From Sporopachydermia quercuum (lineage: Eukaryota), in contig BCGN01000004.1 in the NCBI GenBank assembly GCA_001599295.1, forward strand, positions 1,058,138 through 1,122,137: a stretch of 64,000 bases of DNA. Reading direction: 5' to 3'. Shown one piece after another: positions 24,179 to 37,043 of the stretch. How positions within the stretch are numbered: the stretch's first letter is position 1; each line of letters opens with the position of its first letter. The notes beneath the pieces were generated by a model. The model saw only the letters and a program-made list of their open reading frames with translations, was not told the origin of the DNA and searched no databases. The position numbers and the translations under genes are program-made.

Positions 24179-25894
24179 TCATTTCCGTAGACCATAGTAT
24201 TTATAAATCCCTCGTTCTGCTGCAGGTATCGGAAATATCCAATCGTTATCATCCAGTTTGTCTTCTTCTAGAATTTCTTCATCTTGAAGGTAAGAATCCA
24301 AATGAAGACTTAAGGAACAACATATTTTTCTAGATGCCCACGACAAGAACTTAGGGACGAATACGGTAGGTTTGATCATTTTACCAGTTTCAGTGTCCCA
24401 ATAAGTAAGGTTTTGAGCAGCAGGAGACAAATCAACATTGTAGTAAGGAGAATCAGGATCGACTTTGTAGATCCAGGTTCTTCGACCTTTACCAATTCTG
24501 GTATACCACTTACGACGGCCATCCATAGACCTCAGCACACCCACTTTGTCGAGCTCTTCAGTGATATGACTAGAAAATTCAAACGCCTCAATATACTTCC
24601 CAGCATCTAAGAAATCACTTCTTTGAACGTTCCATTGATTAAGATGCTTATTCCCAGCCACATCCAAGAATTTGATCCTAGGAGCAACTGTAGACTCATT
24701 TCCATATGCGTCTTGAACAACTTCGGGTTGTAAAAACGTAATCAAATCTTCAACTTGTATTTGCGAATGGGCTATTGATAACGATATTAATTTTCTGAAT
24801 CTCAGCTTGATTATAGATAAATGCTCAGTGTTGACAGATATCCCCGCAAGATTCAGATATCTGATTTCAGAGCAAAGGCTGTTGAGAAGCTTCGTCAGCG
24901 TTTTAGGATGGAGAGGGGCAACTGATGCAGCTGGATCTGCTGCAACAGATAACCAACGCAATTTTTGTGAATCTTTGACAGAAGGATGATTCATTAAGAA
25001 ATCGTAAATGTCATAGCCTGATAATGCACCGCATCTAGACAAAGCCAAATGTGTGATTTCACAGGTAGACGGTAGAGACATTAGCGACTTATAAGAAATT
25101 TGAGTATGACTAAGATCCAATCTTTCTACACTTGTTAATTTAGGTAAGAATGACTGAAATACTGAGTTTGTCAAGCCGGTGCAATCATGGAAAGAAATTC
25201 TCTTAATATTTGGAAGAGTTTCAGGAATGGAAGCTCTAGAAAAAGCATCGTAGAAAATTCTGCCCGAAGAGCCGCAGAAGTCAATAGCTTGAAGATCTGA
25301 TAAAGAGAAAAGCTTGTTGAAAACAACATAATCAACATCCGATTGGATTGACTCAGAAGACAGAAACTCAGACAAATTTGGGCAAAGATCTAAAGCTCTG
25401 GCTATAGTTGTCGAAGTCACCATTTGAATTTCCTGATTCATTTTATTTGTTCTTCCCAGACCGATTGATGTAAATGTGGAAAAATCCATGCATTTGACAA
25501 ACTCTCTCAACCCGCTATTCTCTTGTAATGTTCTAGAGAAAAGATCAAAAGATCGTGGGAATTGAAAAGCTACATGTTGATAAAGAAGAGGCATTCCCAT
25601 TTCATAAAACACTCTACAAACTGGCAGTATGTCTCTTGCAAACACCGACGCTGATTCAGAGAAAGCCCCGGAGTCATCACGAAGAATGTAAAGGAGGATA
25701 GATTGAAGAATCTCTGCGGGGAGATTCAACAGCGGACTTTGCGAATTAATAAAAACAGCATGTGAGTTCTGACTGGTTGACAACGACCCACTGCTAGAAT
25801 GGGACCCACCAAGAGTACACAGGGATGCTCTAGATGATCCCAGTCGACGTAATGGTCGATGAGGGATGACTGGTAAAGGGGCAACTGATTGCAT
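24179..25894 (-). CDS. LUG1: F-box/LRR protein, YLR352W/Lug1-like
   Basis: F-box LLNLPAEILQSIL, the DFSTFTSIGLGRT..MN.EIQMVTS block, LRRs and C-terminal ERGIYKYYGL. Confidence 0.8.
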   Translation of the reverse strand: MQSVAPLPVIPHRPLRRLGSSRASLCTLGGSHSSSGSLSTSQNSHAVFINSQSPLLNLPAEILQSILLYILRDDSGAFSESASVFARDILPVCRVFYEMGMPLLYQHVAFQFPRSFDLFSRTLQENSGLREFVKCMDFSTFTSIGLGRTNKMNQEIQMVTSTTIARALDLCPNLSEFLSSESIQSDVDYVVFNKLFSLSDLQAIDFCGSSGRIFYDAFSRASIPETLPNIKRISFHDCTGLTNSVFQSFLPKLTSVERLDLSHTQISYKSLMSLPSTCEITHLALSRCGALSGYDIYDFLMNHPSVKDSQKLRWLSVAADPAASVAPLHPKTLTKLLNSLCSEIRYLNLAGISVNTEHLSIIKLRFRKLISLSIAHSQIQVEDLITFLQPEVVQDAYGNESTVAPRIKFLDVAGNKHLNQWNVQRSDFLDAGKYIEAFEFSSHITEELDKVGVLRSMDGRRKWYTRIGKGRRTWIYKVDPDSPYYNVDLSPAAQNLTYWDTETGKMIKPTVFVPKFLSWASRKICCSLSLHLDSYLQDEEILEEDKLDDNDWIFPIPAAERGIYKYYGLRK

Positions 25895-27975
25895 TTACTA
25901 ATCTCTCTCGCTCTCGTTCACACACCTGCTTTTTACTTGGTATAAAATACTCCGTACTCACGAGATAAGTATACCAACAATATTAATTCTGTATTTTGAT
26001 AAAGGACCTTTCAAAGATTAAGAAAGAGAGTAACATGGACAACAATAAGAGCTCTATTAAAAGGAATTGTGATTCAGTAAAGGGAAACAATTAAAAGGAG
26101 TTGACTTGTAATATATAAACCGTAATTTTCTTAAGGGGAAAGTTTTTTCTAGAGTTGATTTTTAAGGTTTTAAAGTAAGGCAAAATAAATGCAAAATCCT
26201 TCATTGATTCAAAGGTGAAATTCTATGATTGAAAATTATTGGAATCAACAAATTATGATATGAAATTATTGGGAAAAGAAACCTCTGAAACAATTCTTAG
26301 TTGCAAGCGTTATTTTGGAAAAGATTTTTGTTCTCTTTAGTGGTATAAAAATGTAGGGTACTTTGTAAGATTTAGACCCACTCATTTGTCAGTGCCGAGT
26401 AAGGAAACTATAAGTGAGTGTGCGTGCCATTATTATATGCAAGAATATGCAATTATATTTCACTTAGCGCGGAAATATAATAACAATGACACACTTCCAT
26501 GTCTTACTGATACTTAGGTAGAAATGCTAGTATATTTTGTCAATTTCCTCCATTAGAGAAAAGAAACAGAACCCTAATTGTTGCTGGTAATAGTCTAAAC
26601 AATGCAAAGTCTAATGGAGTAATACTTATTCAATTGTCAAATGGTTGATTCTTTCAGTTTCTTCATCTTTATAGCTCATGACTATAAATAAATCTAAAAG
26701 GAGTTCATCGTATTAACTAGAAAGTTGAAACCTTAAGTCTGGTTGATTCTTAAACGCTATATGGAAAGTGTGAAGGATTGAATCTTTATTCTTGGTGATT
26801 AAATAATTATCTAATGGTATCAATTAAGACAGATTATGCCATAATTCATTCGAAATATGGAGGGGTTATTTCAACAGGATTATTTGCAAAATGACTATTT
26901 TAGTGGGGCCCTGTGAATTCATCTTCTATGGTTCATTCACCTTCAGAAATTATTGAACCATATCTACTGATTCTTTTCTATCACAAACTTTTGAATGATC
27001 AAAATATTGTTCTGAAATACATGTTTGCTAGCACTACTATCAAAACATCTTTTTTGTTTTATATAGGGTCCTAAGTATGTTTATTGATCAATCATCTATG
27101 GATGTTCATGAATCATATCTTCAAAGGCCAACAACATTCCTTTGAGATTTTAACTTTATTTAAGTTTAACGGTTTTCATTAAAATCATAACCTGAAACGG
27201 CATACCGAAATAGCTTTTTTGGCATGACCGGTTGGGACCGAGATTTTGTAATGACAATATTTCCCAATCATAATTATNTTCAAAGAGGTAGCTGGAATGT
27301 AAGGCTTCCAATTTTCTGTTGCTGAAGAGGGAATGCAGAAAAAGGTTCATTTTACCCCATATCTAGAATTCCAATGAAGTCTTTTATTTTCTGTTTTTTC
27401 TCCGTTGTTTCCTGGAGATACCAAGAAATACCAGAGAGTTGAATTAAATGTCTAAGTTGAATAATGATAACCTTAAGGATTGATTGCCGAGACCTAGAAT
27501 TGAGGTTTAGTAGGTAATTAACTTTCGTAACAGTTTTACTCTATTTCCCCACACTCAAATCAGAAAGGACTTGTTTGGGAGTCAGACATAATAATCAAAA
27601 ATAGGTGTTTTACGGAGAAATCTAATCATATATACTTAAAGAGTAGCCTCACATTCGTCGATGATAAGAGTTCCAAAAGTCTTTCAGACTCGTGATACAT
27701 TAATGCAGAATGATGCAGAAGCTACAGAATTATATATATCCGTTGTCATGTGACTAGTTTACGTTTACTAGTTTACTATCTTTTGCACCCCCCTCGTGAT
27801 ATGAAGTTTCATGTCAACATCATATCACCTTCATTTTGAACTTTGAAGCGAAGTAAAATAATGTATTCAAATTCAATCCACTCCATTTGATGATTCCAAA
27901 GTACTAATTGATAACATTATCGAGCCTTTGTTTCACAATTTCATCACAGTATTAAAGGAAAGAGCTTTATTAAGA

Positions 27976-28910
27976 ATGGATAAGGCATTAGACGAAATTA
28001 TATCAACGGGGCCACCTAAGGTAGGTATATATTTTGACTACAAGCAGTTTAAACAGTAATCATTTTACTAACTATATCTCTAGCACTCTAGACCCCAACG
28101 GATCAGTAAAGTATGCCTTCAATATGATAATATTCTGTCAACCATAGTGTTGTGGCTTGCGGAAGTATTATTACAAAACTAACAATGTTTAGCGACCGGT
28201 GAAAGCTCGAGACAGAGTGTCGTATGTGTATTTTTTGTTGGTATTTAATTCTCATATATGCATACTAACCTACCAGATATAAACCTCCTCGTGAAAGAAC
28301 TAAACTTTCAGTGACGAACCTTCATTACGACCTTACAGAAGCTGATCTATACGTATGTATACGTTTTGACTATACAGGTGGATGCTTGATTCATTACATG
28401 CCTTCAGAACTCTAACAGATGGCTTAGGACCTGTTCTCAAAAGTGGGAGAATTGACTGATCTAACATTGCATTTCGATCGTACTGGTAGATCAACTGGAA
28501 AAGCTACCGTAGAGTACAAACATTTACGAGATACTGACGAAGCTGTTAGAAGGTTTGATGGCAAAAAAGCTGCTGGTCAAATAATAAATGTTCGGATTGA
28601 GAAACCTCTACGTCAAAGAATCGCTTTACCTAACGATCGTACAGCATCCTACAGATCAGGTAGAAGCGATCCAAGAATTAACTCACACACTAGAGAACCA
28701 CGAAGTACCGCTAGTAAAAGAAGACCCAAGAAAACTCAAGAAGAATTGGATGCGGAGTTGAATTCTTATTTCACAGGTGGATCAAATGAATCGTCAAACG
28801 ACAGGGAAAGTGTAACAACTGCAATTTTCCAAGAGCCACACCAAACAGACATAACAGCACCAACTGTTGAATCGAACAGCAAACTGAATGATGAAATGCT
28901 AGATGACTGA
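27976..28910 (+). CDS. YRA2: Aly/REF (Yra1/Yra2/THOC4) mRNA export factor, 5 exons (27976-28020, 28084-28110, 28193-28221, 28277-28352, 28428-28910), ~219 aa
   Basis: N-box MDKALDEII, RRM (LSVTNLHYDLTEADL.DLF...FDRTGRSTGKA) and C-box KKTQEELDAELNSYF. All four introns have GT donors, CTAAC branch sites and YAG acceptors, and they keep the frame. YRA1 versus YRA2 is uncertain. Confidence 0.85.
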
Positions 28911-30296
28911 TTCACGTTCCATATGATAGGTAGCTATTTCGTTTGCCAGTTTCTGACTATGTATAGTGTAATTCAATTATCACCGAGATCTAGAGAATTA
29001 CCCCTTTACATCCATCCACCCACTTGTGGAAAAGTTCAAGCAAGATGCAAAACTATCCGTACAGACCCTACATGTAAAACTCACTTAAGTTTGCGGGAAG
29101 AAACCGGGTTCTTACACTATTATATGTACTTTCACGTCTCAAAAATTGATAAAGGCCGCACTATCCAGGGGTCTCAAGTAGCATAATATAACCGACGAAC
29201 GACAAATTTGACTGAATATCAAACATAATCTGTAATTATTGTTGGTCAAGTAGAACAAGTCTGATGAACACGGAAAAGGACATTAACAAATAGTATTTGG
29301 GGTTCCATTTCTTTGTACTGGTTGGTTTTACATTTCAGTTTTTTTTCTTTTCTTTTTGACACCATTGCTTGAGCCGTTGTACTGTGAGAGTACCTTAATT
29401 TATTTTTCGTGAGTCGGAATTTCCAATTGTTCGGAAGTAGACGGAAAAGTTTAATTTTTCAGGCACATTTATTTAGGACTCATGTTGGAGATCTAGCAAA
29501 AGCAATAACTATTGTAAATTACTAAATTACATAATTATGATTATTATCAATCATAAGAATGTGTTGACTGGCTGGTATTGTTCGACAGTTCTTGTCGATG
29601 ATTGGTAATAGATAACATCTCATCCGTCAATTGTGACGGTTTCTCAACCCATTACCCATCTTTTCTTTCATCAAGTTTTACAGTTCTTGTACCAAGACAA
29701 ATCACATATAACAAGAATAGAATCTTATTAGTTAAATGAGGAAAGGTGTTTTAAAGGATCAAATACAGTCTTTTTCATATTCTACCCAATTCATTTCTTT
29801 GCCTTGCAACTCGTCGTTCTTACCCTTTTCTCGTTCAGTAGATAAGTTTTTGATCAACATAAATAAGTAAACTATTTCAACTAGTATTTCTATTATTTAT
29901 AATTGATTCCATTTCTTCAATATTTTTACCCGATTCTACCAAAGGCAATAGATAGTTGATTTTATAAATCATAATGTACGTAGTAATACAGTATAAACAA
30001 TGTCCGGAACTGGGTTACGGTTAGTCTAAAAATTTTCAGGTTCCGTCTGGCAATGAAATTTTTAAGATTTCCAGTCCAGTTATTATCGAGTCTCCTATTG
30101 ATCCCTACGTCCACTGTGAACGAGTTTAATTGAAATTTCTTCCTTCTTGGATTTAACCATTCTTTATACTTTCCCTTTTACCCTCTTAAATTATCATTAA
30201 TTTGAATCGACTAAAAAATAGATTACTGATTTTTGGTCTTTTCATTAAGGAATCAACCATTTATAAATTCTCTGCATAGAAGTAGTAGCTAGCACG

Positions 30297-31220
30297 ATGT
30301 CTGAAACTCCTAATTTCACTGTCTTGGACTACTCCAAGTTTGCACTTGCTGGTGCTATTGGCTGTGGTGTCACCCACGGTGCCATGACCCCCATTGATGT
30401 AGTGAAGACCAGAATTCAATTGGAACCCACTGTTTACAACACTGGTATGTTTGGTTCTTTCGGTAAGATCATTAAGAATGAAGGTGTCAGCGCTTTGGCC
30501 ACTGGTTTGGGACCTACTATCTTAGGTTACTCTTTGCAAGGTGCCTTCAAATTCGGTGGTTACGAATTATTCAAGAAGCAATTCATTGATTTACTCGGTG
30601 TTGAAACCGCAACTAGATACAAGGACGCGGTCTATATTGGTTCTTCTGCTATCGCTGAATTTTTTGCTGATATTGCTTTATGTCCTTTAGAAGCCACCAG
30701 AATTAGATTGGTTTCTCAACCTACTTTCGCCAATGGTCTTATCGGTGGTTTCACCAGAATCTTGAGGGAAGAAGGTGTTGGATCCTTTTACAATGGTTTC
30801 ACTCCTATCTTGTTCAAGCAAATTCCATATAACATTGCTAAGTTCTTGGTTTTCGAAAGAGCCTCCGCTGTTATCTATACATTCATTCCCACTCCTAAGA
30901 AGGATTTGTCTTCTGCCACCCAAACTGCTGTTAACTTAGGTTCTGGTCTTATTGCCGGTTTCTCTGCTGCCATTGTCTCTCAACCTGCTGATACTTTGTT
31001 GTCCAAGGTTAACAAGACCAAGAAGGCTCCTGGTCAATCCACTGTTGGTTTATTGATCCAATTGGCCAAGGGATTAGGTTTCACTGGTTCTTTCGCTGGT
31101 TTACCTACTCGTTTGGTTATGGTGGGTACTTTGACTTCTTTACAATTCACCATCTACGGTACTTTGAAGAAGACTCTCGGATGCCCTCCTGCTGTCGAAT
31201 TATCCGGATCTGGTCATTAA
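30297..31220 (+). CDS. MIR1: Mitochondrial phosphate carrier
   Basis: Three carrier repeats ([24 protein letters not shown]) and [11 protein letters not shown]; high codon bias. Confidence 0.96.
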   Translation: MSETPNFTVLDYSKFALAGAIGCGVTHGAMTPIDVVKTRIQLEPTVYNTGMFGSFGKIIKNEGVSALATGLGPTILGYSLQGAFKFGGYELFKKQFIDLLGVETATRYKDAVYIGSSAIAEFFADIALCPLEATRIRLVSQPTFANGLIGGFTRILREEGVGSFYNGFTPILFKQIPYNIAKFLVFERASAVIYTFIPTPKKDLSSATQTAVNLGSGLIAGFSAAIVSQPADTLLSKVNKTKKAPGQSTVGLLIQLAKGLGFTGSFAGLPTRLVMVGTLTSLQFTIYGTLKKTLGCPPAVELSGSGH

Positions 31221-33824
31221 ATTTAGATACGAACGTCAGACTAATTTTTGATCTAGTTTGGTTGTCTATAATATTTATCGTTCCTCAATCAAGTTCATTC
31301 GTAGTATAGTAACTATATAGATTCGTTTTTTTTGCCTCCATATTTTTGGCCGGCTCAAGTATATAACCGAGTTGTAGATTTGAAATACCAAAAATTTCCA
31401 TATGCTCCATGGATCCACCTTTTTATGATTATAAAGCATTTCGCGATTTTGTGACAGCCAACTATCTTTAGATTACATATTACATAATCATAAAAGTCTG
31501 CTGAATTCTTTGCTGCACCGCATTACGATGAATGTGTGGAAAGCATAGATACATGTATAGTCCGTCTTCCACGTGCTTTCTTTTGTTTTCACCATCCAAT
31601 AAACAACTTAAATGCAACGCAACTAATTTTGTGGATATGATGAATGTTTATTCTATTGAAAGTTATCATTATCAATAACATTCCGTTCAGAATAGATAAC
31701 GTCAAAAGACGTAAAATCCTAATGTTGGAGCTGTTAGATACACGTTTTTTGTTTACCACAGATTAACATACTATTTTTGCTATTCATTCTAGTACAAATT
31801 AATCTATCGCCCGCGAGTACCAAAGTGTAACAATAAGTTCGTTTCTGAAGCCCCTCATTTTTGTTCTCCAACGCTAGTCCGATTCGACGTACGATAAATA
31901 ATCGTGAAGCTGCCATCGAACATTCAGTAGACAACCTCGCTTCTGACTATCATTTACTGATAAAAATATATTAGAATTATCAAAATTATGATTATAAAAT
32001 TAAACGACCTCCAGAGCTCTTATCAGTAATGCTCAACCCTTAAAGAATGATCTAAATCAACGCCAATGTTCTTTAAGTTTTTTTATTTAAAGTTCTCCAC
32101 ATTTTAGTTTTCTCAGTGTCATGTCAGTGTCATNCAACTTAGGGATTGCAAATAATCAACGTAACGTGACATTTTATGCAAGGAATCAATATATATTGCA
32201 TATAACAATATATGCCAGTGCTAAGAGGTTTAGATGGTTTCTTGTGGGTACACTTTTCCTATTATTCTTGAGCTTGAATATACCAATCAAACATAATCTA
32301 GATTATTTTTCCCGGAGTACTTATGATTCATGGATGTTTTTTTTTCATCAAAGTAGAAGCTGTCAAAACAATCAATAAATTTGGTTACATGAGTTAAATC
32401 TGATAATGCCATAGAATTTACATGTCTGGAGAGAAGTTTGGAACAGAATCCATATGCCCAACTACCTCCCAAACCTCATTTGATATAATAATTGATGGAG
32501 CTTTCCATATATTTTAATACATGGTATGATACTGCAGATTCTAGAAAACTCATTGTACAATTTTGTGACCAGTTAATGATTTTTTGGTTATAAGTCCAGT
32601 TTTGAGTCAGTCATCTCGTCTTCACTCTAAGTGTCGCATGTCAGACTTGTATTCAATGTTTTTCAAACTCTAAGACAAACATAAAACCTTAACATTTAAG
32701 CTCAAAGTTTGCTTAAAGCTCATCGCCCACAAGGAAGGCATTCTGAGAAGAAGCGACATAGAAACATCCAACACCTGAAAGCTCTTATAATTCGCTTGCA
32801 AACTAAATAAATAAGGGATCATTTCCGCGAACAAATAGATACTCGCAGTGGAAACTATTTAAGAGTGCGGGAAAGGTTTTATTTATTGTGAAGTTAACTG
32901 TCTTTTTCTTCTATTTTTATGGGTTCAATAAAAGTGGTAGACAATTCTTGTAGGTAAATATCTACGTCAAAATCGAACAATTACCTCATTCTCATCAGAA
33001 TTTGACAAGAGAAGCACAGGGTCCATCATCACCTTATCTATGGATTGCTACAGATTATTTATGTTTGATAATATCAACTGATTTTATGTCAGAGCTCTGT
33101 CAATAACTGTACGGGACCGATAACATATTATCTGAAGTTCTGACTGACCCTTCGAGGCATTATTCTTCTTTGTATAGTATTTGTCTACTGGAAGATAGTT
33201 TCCCCTTTTTTTCCCCAACTTTTTTTCTTCTCTTTCTTTTGCTTTAGTTTTCTTTTGATGTTGAAGTGAAAACATAGACACTTGGGCAAAGGCAATTTGT
33301 ATCTTCTCATCTTTTGCACGTTGCAATATATTCTGTCTTGGTTTTTTTTTACACTATCTTGATTTTTTTCTTCCATTTATTTGCTGTTTCCTTGGCGTCC
33401 TTGGAGAGTCATATTTCTCATTGAGACCCGAGTTAAATCCTTATTTGAAACAAGATTCAACCCTTCATATTCAATACAGGAAAATTAACACAATTTGATC
33501 ACTTATTATGGTTTGCATTGGAGAGCTGGTTCAGAATCTGTATGACCTATACACCTAATCTACAATTATTATCGACAATCATAAATTTTGTTCGACAGCA
33601 TTCTCACTCATTGCTCAAGATTTTTTTTTAATTTTGAAATTCAACCCTTGATTTGATCTCAGAATCAAGAAAAGAGCTACTGTATGACAAAACGCCAAAT
33701 TGTCACATTACATTAATAATACATTTACCTGCATAAGGTTGCGTTTAGCCGCAGACTATTTAGTGTGTAAGGGAAATTTTTGTGGCTGCTAGGTTTTCTC
33801 TCAAATTCTTTTTCTTAATTCACA

Positions 33825-36392
33825 ATGGCTCCGACATTTGTCAAATCATCATCGGGAGATGAAACAGTAACTTATTCTGATAATTCAACCCAACAAANTA
33901 CAAAAAAGCAGTTGAATACAGCGACATATTACGGTGAAAAACTCTTCAAGAGTTTCTCATTCCAGAAGTCAAAGAAAAACTTGGGCTCGAAACCGATAGC
34001 TCTTAGTACTGAAACAATTAATTCGGAATTAATACCTGAATCAATACCTAAAGCAAGCAGACATCACTCTATTGATTCCAGTAATTATAATTGTTCTCAA
34101 CAGCAGACTGCTTCAGTTCCAGTGAACTCAAAAAGCCAGAGTTTTTCATTAAGGAAAAAATCATCTCCTTGTAACTCAGATTTGTCAACAAATCTTGCTC
34201 AAGCTAGAAAGCCGTCCAGCTCATCTGGGGTCAATAAAAGAACTAGTGATATAGACCCTAAAGCAATACCACTACTAATAATGCCAAGTGAAAGTGATTT
34301 TCCTTGCTCTGTACCATTAGCTCAAACTAATTCGGCTTCGAGTGTCCATACCACGGGGTCAATTTTAGGTCCAACGGATGCTTCGCAGAAAAAATATCAG
34401 GAGAAGGAACATGGTCACGAGTTTCACATTGGCCTTTCTAATCTTTTTCACAGACACCTTGATCACGGACTTGGACACGGACAGGGTCATGGGCGTGGTC
34501 GAATCAATAAACATGGTTCGTACTCACCCACAGGTACGAATAGTCCTGTTTTAGGTCCCACTGAGCATGATTCAAGATCAAGGAATACTATATCTGCTGG
34601 CAGCGGACGAAAAGGACATCTGCATACACAGGGACACCCACTAATTAATACACAATACGATCCTTCTAATGTGGATCCTTTAAATGGTATTCAACAGTCA
34701 ATAGATGAATTGGCACTAAGTGGGGTTGCAGATGATAACCATCTTTCCCCTAGATGCAATGAGAACCCTAATATTCTGAAAATTAAAGGTACTTTGAATG
34801 ATTCAGCACCTCCGGAACAGCAAGTTCCAACGGAAGAACAACATAGATCCGGAGGAATTTCAAGTTTTTTTGGATTGAGCAGAAGTCGTCCTGGTTCTCG
34901 TTCACGTTCAAGATCTTCGTCGATTGTAAGATCTGATGGGGAAACAGGGTGTGCCCCGCCTCATCACCATTCAAGTGTGAGTAGCCAAGGACAAGGTTGT
35001 TCTTCACCATTAGATTCTGATTGGTCTGAGGGACATTATGTGAAATTAGATGAACAAGAGTATAATCATGTTCATCATCTCAAACCTGTCAGGAAAATAT
35101 CTTTAGACCAAATCAATAGTCAACCTCTAACCAGCGGCACTAATTCGTTCTTTGGGTTTAAAAAAGCTCAACCTATTCCAAATTCAACAATTGCTGATGT
35201 CAGCCAAGTTGAGGAATCAGTGCCAATAATAGCCACTAGTCTCGATCCTTCTATTGACTCAGTAGCTGACGGACACCATATCTCACCATTATCATCTAGC
35301 GATAGGAACAATATCGAGAAAATTACAAAGATTTACCATATGATCGATCAAGGAGAAAAGCCACCTTTTGGGAACAAGGTCACTTTAATGCAAAACTATG
35401 GCAAAGTTGTTGGTTTTATGGGCAAGGGAAGCTATGGCTTGGTACGATATTCGATAAAGGTTGTTAGTGACGAACTTACTAACAAACAATTGGAAGTTCT
35501 TTACGCAATTAAAGAGTTGAGAAAGAAGCCTGGCGAAAGTAATGTTCATTATGCAAAGCGACTGACTTCTGAGTATTGTATTGGTTCTTCTCTACATCAT
35601 ACAAATATAGCTGCAACTTTGGACTTGACAAGTAATTATTTTTCCCCAAGTTTTAACAATGATTGTTATTACCTAGTAATGGAATGTTGTCTCGGAGGTG
35701 ATTTATATTCTTTAGTTAAAGCTGAAGGAGGTATTACAGAAGAGGAATCGGATTGCTTTTTCAAACAAATTTTATCAGGATTACAGTACATGCACGAGGA
35801 AAGAGGTGTAGCACATTGCGATTTAAAGCCAGAGAATATTCTCTTGACAGTAGATGGTTGTGTTAAGATTATTGATTTTGGAAATGCCGAGGTAGTGAAA
35901 ACACCTTGGGAGAGAGAATATCATTTTATTTCTGGGGTCGGTGGTTCAGCACCTTATATCGCTCCAGAAGAATATTATGCGGATTTATATGATCCCAGGA
36001 CTGCTGATATTTGGGCATGCGGAGTTATGTATATGAGTATGATTCTTGGAAATTATATGTGGAGTACATCGAAATATGGCCAAGATCATATGTTTGACCT
36101 CTATGTTGACACCAGAGGAGGCAAACCAGTCTTGGATAAGGCCAAGATTCATGTTGACCAAATGGTTGAAGAGAATGGTGTGATTCCTCCGGAAGAAGTA
36201 ATTGTTGGTAAGAAGCCCCGAAGACCTCCATTTGAACCTATTGAAACCATTCGCTCGCCGAAAAGAAGATTTATTGTTTACTCATGCTTAGAGCTAGATG
36301 CTACTAAAAGATACACTGCTAAACGTCTTCTAGAAACTGATTGGATGAAAAATGTTAGAATATGCAAGGCAGGATTGGGTAATAGAGTTTAA
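33825..36392 (+). CDS. Npr/Hal-family Ser/Thr kinase (Hal5/Kkq8/Sat4-like)
   Basis: GKGSYG, YAIKE, AKRLTSEYCIGSSLHH.NI, HCDLKPEN, DFG and PYIAPEE; long disordered N-terminus. Confidence 0.9.
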   Translation: MAPTFVKSSSGDETVTYSDNSTQQXTKKQLNTATYYGEKLFKSFSFQKSKKNLGSKPIALSTETINSELIPESIPKASRHHSIDSSNYNCSQQQTASVPVNSKSQSFSLRKKSSPCNSDLSTNLAQARKPSSSSGVNKRTSDIDPKAIPLLIMPSESDFPCSVPLAQTNSASSVHTTGSILGPTDASQKKYQEKEHGHEFHIGLSNLFHRHLDHGLGHGQGHGRGRINKHGSYSPTGTNSPVLGPTEHDSRSRNTISAGSGRKGHLHTQGHPLINTQYDPSNVDPLNGIQQSIDELALSGVADDNHLSPRCNENPNILKIKGTLNDSAPPEQQVPTEEQHRSGGISSFFGLSRSRPGSRSRSRSSSIVRSDGETGCAPPHHHSSVSSQGQGCSSPLDSDWSEGHYVKLDEQEYNHVHHLKPVRKISLDQINSQPLTSGTNSFFGFKKAQPIPNSTIADVSQVEESVPIIATSLDPSIDSVADGHHISPLSSSDRNNIEKITKIYHMIDQGEKPPFGNKVTLMQNYGKVVGFMGKGSYGLVRYSIKVVSDELTNKQLEVLYAIKELRKKPGESNVHYAKRLTSEYCIGSSLHHTNIAATLDLTSNYFSPSFNNDCYYLVMECCLGGDLYSLVKAEGGITEEESDCFFKQILSGLQYMHEERGVAHCDLKPENILLTVDGCVKIIDFGNAEVVKTPWEREYHFISGVGGSAPYIAPEEYYADLYDPRTADIWACGVMYMSMILGNYMWSTSKYGQDHMFDLYVDTRGGKPVLDKAKIHVDQMVEENGVIPPEEVIVGKKPRRPPFEPIETIRSPKRRFIVYSCLELDATKRYTAKRLLETDWMKNVRICKAGLGNRV

Positions 36393-37043
36393 TAAATAAT
36401 TACTGAAACAATTGCGAACTAGTAGTCATTACTACTGGATTGGAAAGAAAGGCTTATGGGAGATTATGATTTATTGAAGAATCATACTAATAAATAATGA
36501 TTAATCTGTGTTACTGAATCAATAATAATAAACGATGAGTTTATGATGGTCTAATAGCTATGTCAATTACTAGCTATTTATTTTAAATATTTTGCTATTT
36601 GTAGACGTAGTTATAGAATATGATAAATAGTTGGAATCAGGGTAAAACACAATGTAAAGCACGATTAGTTATTCCTCAATCAACAGAGTGAAAGCTCGAA
36701 NTAAACTCATAATATTCCAATGAATATAACTTTTGTTCATCATATAATTGTGTCCACCAAGTACAAGTTTCTTTCTGGATCACGTGCAAGATTCATTTGA
36801 ATATCGGAAACAATAATGCCAAATCATAGTTTCCGGAATTTAATTTCTATTGGTTAACATTGATCATCTTTTCTTTTATTTGCTTTCTCTATAAACGATA
36901 AGTAAGCAACAGTATGAGCTGAATGTGATAGTTAGTAAGTGGAAGATCTACAAACCACTCATTCATACTGAATTAAGGAAACTTTATTAATTGTATTTTA
37001 TTTAAGAGTGAAAAAGCTGTAACAATTTTGAGTCTTGCCAAAT

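Noticed and set aside
14086..26990. 15-mer TTCTATCACAAACTT present twice (~14086 and ~26976)
   Set aside because: Flanks do not match; such a match is plausible by chance in AT-rich DNA.
29976..30248. Possible 5' UTR intron in MIR1 (GTACGT..TACTGAT..AAG)
   Set aside because: Degenerate signals and no reading-frame constraint to test them.
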